Assembly (NCBI GenBank): GCA_017609605.1
Contig: JAFCDO010000002.1
Coordinates: forward strand, 9,369 to 73,368
Reading direction: 5' to 3'
Length of the DNA stretch: 64,000 nt
Source of the DNA: Candidatus Parvarchaeota archaeon
Lineage (GTDB): Archaea; Nanobdellota; Nanobdellia; JAAOXT01
Below the pieces are notes generated by a model. The model saw nothing but the letters and a program-made list of their open reading frames with translations, searched no databases and was not told where the DNA came from. Made by a program: the position numbers and the translations under genes. Shown here piece after piece: positions 57,073 through 64,000 of the stretch (positions are counted from its first letter, which is position 1; each line of letters starts with the position of its first letter).

Positions 57073-59660
57073 TTGAGCACCTCTTTAACGTCCAATTTTC
57101 CTTTTTGGGATTTGGTCACGTCTATGCCGTCTTCACCGTATTCGAATTCTATTATTCTTCCTCCGGAGTCGCGTACGGTTTGGTCGTAGTTCACGCTCAC
57201 GTCTTGTAGGGTGTTTATGAGTCTTCTTTGAAGGTATCCTGATTTTGGGGTTCTCATTGAAGTGTCCATTAGATTGTCTCTTCCTATCATCGCGTGGAAG
57301 AAGAATTCTGTGGGGGTCAGCCCTCCTTTGTAACCGTGTCTTATGAATCCGTGCGCTTCCGGTGACATGTCTCCTTTTTTGAAGTGGGGTAGCGCTCGGT
57401 CCCTGTATCCAAAGTTTATTCTTGATCCTCTGAGGGATTGTTGTCCTACGCTCGCGCTCATTAGACCGATTTGAACTAGTTTTCCTCTTGCTCCTGAACT
57501 GGCCATCACGTATAGGGAGTTGTCTTTTTTTATCTCTTTTTGAACTATTCTTCCTATTTTGTTTCTGGTTTTTCGTGTTGTCGTGAGCAGGTTTACTTCA
57601 AGGGTTTCTTTGACTGTTCTTCCGGGTAGGGATTCTAATTGTCCTTTTTCGTATTTTTCCAAGATTTTTCTGGTTTTGTTTTTTGCGTCGTCCAGCTCGT
57701 TCTTGACTTTTTTGAAGCTTTCCTTTTTAAGGTCTGTGTGTGAAGGCAGAACCGTAAATCCTTTGTAATCCAGGTAGTGTAGGGATAGTAGCGTGATTTT
57801 TTGGAGGAAGTTCACTAATTCTTTTCCACCGTATTCTCTAAGCATTTTTTTTAGTAATAGTCCGGTTCCAGCTCCTACCGCGTTGGAGTCTACGAAACCG
57901 CATTTTATTTCTCCTTTTTTAATTTTTAGAAAGCATTTATGCTCGCATTTTTCTTCTTTGCATTTGTCGCATTTCTGGCAGGTAATCGTTTTTTCCGCGT
58001 AACTTATTTTTTCGGGTACGGTTTGTGATAGGATTTCAATTCCTTTGTACGTTTTTTTGACTGGTAAGCTTGTTTCCACTCCTGCTTGCGCGAGTAGTGC
58101 TGTGGCAACTCTTCTGGGAATTTTTTGGTCTTTGCTTAAGAGGTAGAGCCCAGTTAAGTGGTCGTGTTTGCATCCTATGATTGGCAGTCCATAACGAGGA
58201 GTTATCATTTGAGTGTGAACGCTCATTAAGTGTTTGGCTTCCGCGCGGGCTTCTTCTGTTTGGGGTATGTGGAGGTTCATTTCGTCTCCGTCGAAGTCCG
58301 CGTTGTATGGAGGGGTTACGCAGAGGTTCATACCAAAGGTTTTGTAGGGCAGTATCCTTATTTTGTGGCACATTATTGACATTTTGTGTAGGGAGGGTTG
58401 TCTGTTGAACAGACATATGTCTCCGTTTATCAGATGTCTTTCCACTATGTATCCTAGCGCGAGTTCTTCAAGTATGACTTTTTTGGTTTCGTCTGTTATC
58501 CTTTTTCTTTTGCCGTCAGGAGTTATGACGTAGTTAGCGCCAGGGTATTTTTCTGGACCGTTTTTGACGTATTTTTTTAAGTGTTTGAGATTCCATTCAG
58601 TGACTCTTTCTGGAATGGTTAATTCCATGACTGCTTCAACGGGGAGTCCTACCTCATCTATTCCTATCATCGTTTCTGGGCTTATCACTGTTCTGGCTGA
58701 GAAGTCCACTCTTTTTCCTGCCAGGTTTCTTCTCATTCTTCCTTCTTTGCTTTTGATTCTTTCTGATAAAGTTTTTAGGGGTCTTCCTGACCTGTGTCTG
58801 GCGGGCGGGACTTGTGATTTGTCGTTTGCTATGAACGTGGTGACGTGGTATTGTAATAGTTCCCAGAGGTCTTCTATGATTATTTCGGGTGCTCCTGCGT
58901 TGAGGTTTTCCCATAGTCTTTGGTTTGTCCTGACTATGTCTCCTAGCTTGTGGGTTAAGTCGTCTTCACTTCTTTGACCTGACGCTAAGGTTATGCTCGG
59001 CCTAACTATCACTGGTGGTACGGGTAAGAGTGTTAGAACCATCCATTCCGGTCTGCCCGCGTCCGGGTTGAGTCCAAGTAAGAGGCAGTCTTCATCGCTC
59101 ATTTTTTCTAAGCGTTCGCGAACGTCTATTTGCGTGAGTTTAACGTTGTCTTCAGCGAACCCTGTTGGTTTTCTTATCGTGATTTTATCTTGTTTGGCTT
59201 TGCAGTGAGGACACTTGCTGGCGTTCCTGAGTTTTTTTCGTATTTTGTTTGTTACTTCCCAGTAAGCTGCTTCGCCCATGTTTTTCTTGGCTTCTTCCAT
59301 TTCTTCCAAGTATTTTTTTATGTTTGTCTCTGCTAGCAGTATTCTTCCGCAGTCGTTGCAGGTTCCTCTTAGAAAGTCGTAAATGTTTTTCGCGTATTCT
59401 ACGTGCGTGACTGGCCTGGCGAGTTCTATGTATCCGAAGTGGCCAGAGCATTCTTTGACCTTTGATCCGCATGTCCTGCACCTGAGCCCTGGGTCGACCA
59501 CCCCCATTTTCGGGTCCATTAAACCCCCTTCTACTGGGTAACCGTCTTCGTCGTATAGTTCTGGGCTGATGACTTTCATCACCGACATTTTTTTGATGAA
59601 GTAAGGACTCATTAATTTGAACGTGATTGAGCCTATTTTGTCTCTGATTATTTTTCTCAT
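57069..59660 (-). CDS. rpoA1: RNA polymerase subunit A' (Rpo1N)
   Basis: CRTC...[32 protein letters not shown]; start moved to ATG 59660. Confidence 0.98.
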   Translation of the reverse strand: MRKIIRDKIGSITFKLMSPYFIKKMSVMKVISPELYDEDGYPVEGGLMDPKMGVVDPGLRCRTCGSKVKECSGHFGYIELARPVTHVEYAKNIYDFLRGTCNDCGRILLAETNIKKYLEEMEEAKKNMGEAAYWEVTNKIRKKLRNASKCPHCKAKQDKITIRKPTGFAEDNVKLTQIDVRERLEKMSDEDCLLLGLNPDAGRPEWMVLTLLPVPPVIVRPSITLASGQRSEDDLTHKLGDIVRTNQRLWENLNAGAPEIIIEDLWELLQYHVTTFIANDKSQVPPARHRSGRPLKTLSERIKSKEGRMRRNLAGKRVDFSARTVISPETMIGIDEVGLPVEAVMELTIPERVTEWNLKHLKKYVKNGPEKYPGANYVITPDGKRKRITDETKKVILEELALGYIVERHLINGDICLFNRQPSLHKMSIMCHKIRILPYKTFGMNLCVTPPYNADFDGDEMNLHIPQTEEARAEAKHLMSVHTQMITPRYGLPIIGCKHDHLTGLYLLSKDQKIPRRVATALLAQAGVETSLPVKKTYKGIEILSQTVPEKISYAEKTITCQKCDKCKEEKCEHKCFLKIKKGEIKCGFVDSNAVGAGTGLLLKKMLREYGGKELVNFLQKITLLSLHYLDYKGFTVLPSHTDLKKESFKKVKNELDDAKNKTRKILEKYEKGQLESLPGRTVKETLEVNLLTTTRKTRNKIGRIVQKEIKKDNSLYVMASSGARGKLVQIGLMSASVGQQSLRGSRINFGYRDRALPHFKKGDMSPEAHGFIRHGYKGGLTPTEFFFHAMIGRDNLMDTSMRTPKSGYLQRRLINTLQDVSVNYDQTVRDSGGRIIEFEYGEDGIDVTKSQKGKLDVKEVLK

Positions 59661-59665
59661 TTTTT

Positions 59666-62600
59666 TTATTTCCTTTGTAGGTTCATTTTTGGGTATATGC
59701 ACATTGATTTGAGCTCGTCTAGGAATAGTTTGAACGCGTAAGCCATTTCTACGAAAATTATTGGTGAGTCTTCTCCGCAAATGGGGCACACGCCTTTGCC
59801 GGTGTATTCGTTATATATCGCTGTTATCCCGCAGTTTTTGCAAATTGGTATTTGGGCTTTGTCAGAGTCCCATCTTTCTTTTAATAGTAGGCTGGCCCCG
59901 TGGGCTATGAAGCACTCTTTTTCCATTTCTCCTAGTCTGAGGCCTCCGCTTTTGCTTTTTCCTTCTGTGGGTTGTCTTGTGAGTAGTTGTACGGGTCCTC
60001 TGCTTCTGACGTGGAACTTGTTTTTCACCATGTGTGAGAGTCTTAAGTAGTATGCTGGGGCTATGAATATTCTTGCTTGAAATTGTTCTCCTGTTATCCC
60101 GTTATACATTGTTTCCGCTCCGTCTTCTCTAAAACCCATTTTGAATAGTTGTTTTCTTAGTTCTTCTTCGTGTTCTCCTGTGAAGGCTGAGCCATCGATT
60201 TGTCTGCCTTGGAGGGCTCCGACTTTGCCTCCGAGCATTTCCACTAATTGCCCTATGGTCATTCTTCCGGGTATTGAGTGCGGGCTGAATAGCATGTCAG
60301 GTTTTACTCCCGAAGCTGTGAATGGCATGTTTTCTTCGGGGATTATCATTCCTATGATTCCTTTTTGTCCGTGCCTGGAAGCGAATTTGTCTCCGATTTC
60401 GGGTATTGTTTGATCTCTTACCCTAGTTTTTACGAATCTGTTTCCGTTTTCGTTTTCAGTGATTATTACTGACGTGACAGTGGCTGAGCCCATGCGGTCC
60501 ATGGTTACGCTGGTCTCCATTCTTGACTCTACGTTGACCCGGAATTCTTCTAAGCTTGATAAGAATCTTGGAGGACTCGTTTTGCCTATGAGCACTTCTC
60601 CTTCTTTTAGTTTGGCGTCTATGTACGCTATCCCGTCTTGTTCTAAGTAGTTGTAGTATTCTTCCAACCTGTATCCTTTAATGTCTTTGTCAGGGGTTTC
60701 TATTCTGTCGAATTGGCCTCCTGGGTACTTGAGTTCTTCTGTTTTGTATGGTGTGAAGTAAGTGGCCCTGTATGCTCCTCTTTCCAAAGTGGCTTTGTTG
60801 ATGACTACAGCGTCTTCCATGTTGTAGCCTTTACCTGTTATCACTGCTATCACTATGTTTTGGCCTATTGGGTGTGAGTCATAGTTGAGTATTTCGTTCA
60901 TGAATGTTTGCACTATTGGTCTTTGCGGGTAGTGTTTTATGGCTATGTCCGCCAGGTTTTGTTGCAGTGGAAAGTTAGTGGCGAACATTCCTAGTCCTTG
61001 TTTCATCATTTTCGCTCCGTACAGTACTCTTGGTGATAGGGTGTGCTCGGCGTAGGGTATCATTGCTGTTTGCGTTCCGAAAATGACTGCTGGACTTATT
61101 TCTAGGTGAGTGGTTTCTTTCGTGATGTCTTCTTGATTTATCGCGATTAGCGAGTTTTCTTCTTCATCAGCGTCTAGGTATTCGATTATTCCTTTTTTTA
61201 CGAAGTCTTTCCAAGTCATTTGGTTGTTCTTGAGTTTTTCCAAATGTTCTGGGGTGAGAATTGTTTTGCCGTTCTCTACGATGAGTAGGGGTCTTCTTAT
61301 TCTTCCTCCGTCAACGCTTAGGTTTATGATGTTTTCTTCTGTGTTCCAGAAATAGTTTATTTCTGGGCAAGTGTCAGATTCTTTTCTGATTTTTTTGAGT
61401 GCTTTGATTATTTGGTTCGGGTTGGGGTGAATTCCGATTAGTTTTCCGTTTATGCTCACGTCGACCCCTTCTGTTCCGAGTTTTTTCATTCCCGCTTTTT
61501 TGAGTTCTTGCAGGAGTTTTTCTCGGTCGAGTGGCTCGCCAGTGCTTACTTCAGCTGTTATCGCCAAGTTTTTTCTTAGGCCTATTGGCTGTCCTTCAGG
61601 GGTTTCTGACGTGCAGAGTTTTCCCCAGTGCGTGGGGTGCAAGTCTCTTGCAGCGAAGTTTTCTTTAGAGCTTGTTAGCAGGGATATGACTCTTCTTAGG
61701 TGGGATATGCAGGCGAAGTGGTTCAGTCTTTCCAAGTGTTGGGATACGCCATGCCTGTCCCCTATCCATTCTCCCGTGGCTAGTGCTGAGCGCACCCTGG
61801 ACGTGAGGACTTTTGATCTAGTGATTCCTTGTAGGCTGGGAAATTTTTTTCTTTTGACTAAGCGCTCGAAGTTGTATTTTAGGTCATCGACTAGTCTTCG
61901 GATAATATATCTTAGCAGGGTTTCGAGCGAGTCTCCGACAAGTCTAAGTCTCTTGTTGCCGTAATGGTCTTTGTCATCTTCTTTCAGCTTGCTTGCTGAT
62001 GTGTAGAGGAGTTTCCTGACTAACCTGCATATGTAGTATGCTTTGTATATTCTGTCTTCGGGTTTGTGCCCGACATGGGGCAGCAGGTATCTGTCAAGGA
62101 CTTGTTCTGCTCTTTCAACTCTTCTTTCTGGTGATTGAGAGTACCCTAATTTTTTGCCTATGTCTTCCAGGGCTTCTAGCTTGTTTTTGGCTTCTGACGT
62201 GTACATGTTTATGTACATGTCTGACGAGAATTCTTCGTTTTGGGTGACTTCTTTTAGGATGTTTGAGTCTTTTTCAATGCCTAGGGCTTTGAGGAGTGTT
62301 ACGAAAGGTATTTTTTCTACTCTGCTGAACGTGAGGGTTATGAGTCCGTCCTTAGTTTTTTCTAGGAGGTGGGGTGCTCGGTAATTACCGTCTGTGGAGA
62401 ATACTTTTGCGCGCCACGGCGCAGTCATGTTTTTTTTGTATTCCACGAACACTTTGTTCGGCGCGAGGTCTTCTATTATTACAACTACTCTTTCCGTCCC
62501 GTTTATTATGAAGTATCCTGCTGGGTCGTCAGGGTCTTCACCTAACTCTATTAATTCGTCCTTGTTCTTTCCGTAGAGGTAGCAGTACTTGCTTCGCACC

Positions 62601-62965
62601 ATTATGGGAATGTTTCCGATGTGAACGTTTTCTTTGTCGGTTTCCTTGTCGTTCTCGACTTTGATCATTTCAAGGAATACTGGTGCTTCGTAAGTCAGGT
62701 TTCTCATTCTCGCTTCCATGGGGGTGATGAACCTGATGGACCCGTCTGTTTCTTTGGTTCTTGGTTTGTCAACCCAGACTTTGCCGAACCTGATTCTGAA
62801 AGAAGTTAGGTGGTAGGGTATTATGTCGGGTTCTATGTCCCCGATGTCGCTGATTATTTTTTGGAGTTTGAAATCAATTAGTTTTTCGAATGATTCCATG
62901 TTATGGGCTACAAGGCTTCGTGATTCAAAGTATTTTTTGAGAAGCGTGTTTGACATGTTTTTCAT
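59666..62965 (-). CDS. rpoB: RNA polymerase subunit B (single, unsplit)
   Basis: [41 protein letters not shown]. Confidence 0.98.
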   Translation of the reverse strand: MKNMSNTLLKKYFESRSLVAHNMESFEKLIDFKLQKIISDIGDIEPDIIPYHLTSFRIRFGKVWVDKPRTKETDGSIRFITPMEARMRNLTYEAPVFLEMIKVENDKETDKENVHIGNIPIMVRSKYCYLYGKNKDELIELGEDPDDPAGYFIINGTERVVVIIEDLAPNKVFVEYKKNMTAPWRAKVFSTDGNYRAPHLLEKTKDGLITLTFSRVEKIPFVTLLKALGIEKDSNILKEVTQNEEFSSDMYINMYTSEAKNKLEALEDIGKKLGYSQSPERRVERAEQVLDRYLLPHVGHKPEDRIYKAYYICRLVRKLLYTSASKLKEDDKDHYGNKRLRLVGDSLETLLRYIIRRLVDDLKYNFERLVKRKKFPSLQGITRSKVLTSRVRSALATGEWIGDRHGVSQHLERLNHFACISHLRRVISLLTSSKENFAARDLHPTHWGKLCTSETPEGQPIGLRKNLAITAEVSTGEPLDREKLLQELKKAGMKKLGTEGVDVSINGKLIGIHPNPNQIIKALKKIRKESDTCPEINYFWNTEENIINLSVDGGRIRRPLLIVENGKTILTPEHLEKLKNNQMTWKDFVKKGIIEYLDADEEENSLIAINQEDITKETTHLEISPAVIFGTQTAMIPYAEHTLSPRVLYGAKMMKQGLGMFATNFPLQQNLADIAIKHYPQRPIVQTFMNEILNYDSHPIGQNIVIAVITGKGYNMEDAVVINKATLERGAYRATYFTPYKTEELKYPGGQFDRIETPDKDIKGYRLEEYYNYLEQDGIAYIDAKLKEGEVLIGKTSPPRFLSSLEEFRVNVESRMETSVTMDRMGSATVTSVIITENENGNRFVKTRVRDQTIPEIGDKFASRHGQKGIIGMIIPEENMPFTASGVKPDMLFSPHSIPGRMTIGQLVEMLGGKVGALQGRQIDGSAFTGEHEEELRKQLFKMGFREDGAETMYNGITGEQFQARIFIAPAYYLRLSHMVKNKFHVRSRGPVQLLTRQPTEGKSKSGGLRLGEMEKECFIAHGASLLLKERWDSDKAQIPICKNCGITAIYNEYTGKGVCPICGEDSPIIFVEMAYAFKLFLDELKSMCIYPKMNLQRK

Positions 62966-63198
62966 TCCATGACCACCCTGTAATAATTGGATTCTTTTGC
63001 GGTTGAACTTTTCCTTTTGATTTCCACGACGTCGCCCAGCTTCCCTTCTATTTTTTTGATTATTGGGTCTTTTGGAAGGATTCTTGGAAGTTGGAACAGG
63101 GTTATGTTGTATTTTTCGAGAAGTTGTTTTTTTTCCTCTTCTGATAGGATTCTGTGTTCCGGAACGATTTCGATGTCAAAAATATTTATTTTACTCAT
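62962..63198 (-). CDS. rpoH: RNA polymerase subunit H (Rpo5)
   Basis: [30 protein letters not shown]. Confidence 0.96.
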   Translation of the reverse strand: MSKINIFDIEIVPEHRILSEEEKKQLLEKYNITLFQLPRILPKDPIIKKIEGKLGDVVEIKRKSSTAKESNYYRVVME

Positions 63199-63432
63199 GC
63201 CTTCACCGAGAAACTAGATTATTAGCATGAATTAAATTGGGAAGCGTTTATAAAACTTTCGATTAATACGTCTAGACATGTTCTGTGAGAACATTCTTTC
63301 CTAATCTTCCACAAATCTCTTCATGGATGAAGAATTTTAAATAGTTTTCTGAATTTTCAAGCAACTTTTTTACCATCATTTTTTTTTGGTAGTTGGCTAT
63401 CACTTTTTTTTGCTTATTATAGAGGGTTTTGA

Positions 63433-64000
63433 ATGCTGGTTCGTTCGAGTTTATGCGGGGTTTGGGTTTGCAGGACTGTTTTGTTGAAGCGAGTGTTGAC
63501 GCTTCTGGATAGAGGTTTGAGCGTGTGCGTGGTTGGCAAGCGCGGAGTGGGTAAGACCTTATTCCTCAAGCACTTGGAGTACTATGTTGAGAATGGCGTG
63601 TTTGTTGATTCCTGTTCTTTGAAGCCTTTGCTCGAAAAGGTTTGCGAGAGTAAGGGCAGTGTTTTCGAGCTTAAGCAAAAAGCGGTTAAGTCTGGTAAAG
63701 TGTTGTTAGTGGATGAAGTGGATGTGGCGCGTAAAAACGTGGTTGAAGCCCTTACCTTTTTTTTGAGGGAAGGGGTTCGGGTTGTTGGTGCTGGCAGGGT
63801 TAAGCCGAAGGTTTTGTTCGACGCTTACGTTGAGATTAAGGATTTGGGTTTTGATGGTGCCGGGTTGTTCGCGCGTCATTTGGGCGCTAACCCTAAAGTG
63901 GCTGGTAGGGTTGGAGTGATTTCGAGGAATCCTGAGCGCATTGCCTTGTTGGTTCGCAAGTTTTTGGCGGGGGAGGAGTTAAAGATTGATGAGAAGAGGG
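63433..64000 (+). CDS. P-loop ATPase (AAA-like), 3' truncated by the window edge
   Basis: Absent from the ORF track. Manual translation from ATG 63433 is open to the end: Walker A GKRGVGKT, Walker B VLLVDEVD. Confidence 0.75.
   Translation, partial: MLVRSSLCGVWVCRTVLLKRVLTLLDRGLSVCVVGKRGVGKTLFLKHLEYYVENGVFVDSCSLKPLLEKVCESKGSVFELKQKAVKSGKVLLVDEVDVARKNVVEALTFFLREGVRVVGAGRVKPKVLFDAYVEIKDLGFDGAGLFARHLGANPKVAGRVGVISRNPERIALLVRKFLAGEELKIDEKR

Noticed and set aside
57069-62965. Inteins or splits in the RNA polymerase genes (RtcB also checked)
   Set aside because: Lengths are normal and no intein motifs were seen.
63272-63379. 35-aa minus-strand ORF upstream of rpoH (MMVKKLLENSENYLKFF…)
   Set aside because: Short with no recognisable motif; cannot be separated from chance.

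Overview
This is an archaeal genomic window, most consistent with a DPANN (Nanobdellota-like) organism; that placement is inferred from the archaeal gene set and the N-terminally extended uS14. Two conserved backbones lie on the minus strand. The first is the rpoH-rpoB-rpoA1-rpoA2-rpl30e-nusA-rps12-rps7-fusA-tuf-rps10-tRNA-Ser superoperon (63.2-38.1 kb), which carries inserted genes at every junction from rps12 onward. The second is the L3-to-secY ribosomal protein cluster followed by DUF106, L14e and Cbf5 (20.4-2.5 kb). Between them lie rtcB-AAA-archease and an accessory region. The best candidates for undescribed systems are: (1) a regulator divergent from an operon encoding a TRAM-less methylthiotransferase-type radical SAM enzyme, a P-loop kinase and a COG1665-like nucleotidyltransferase (31.9-35.4 kb); (2) a PD-(D/E)XK nuclease / wHTH / zinc-protease cassette (20.5-24.4 kb); (3) a tetraether-synthase-like radical SAM gene between EF-2 and EF-1a that has lost one cysteine motif; (4) a 71-aa ORF translationally coupled between uS12 and uS7; (5) a glutamine synthetase paired with a second COOH-NH2 ligase next to an Lrp regulator. 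No CRISPR array, rRNA or transposase was seen. All family calls come from motif recognition by eye, not from database searches.
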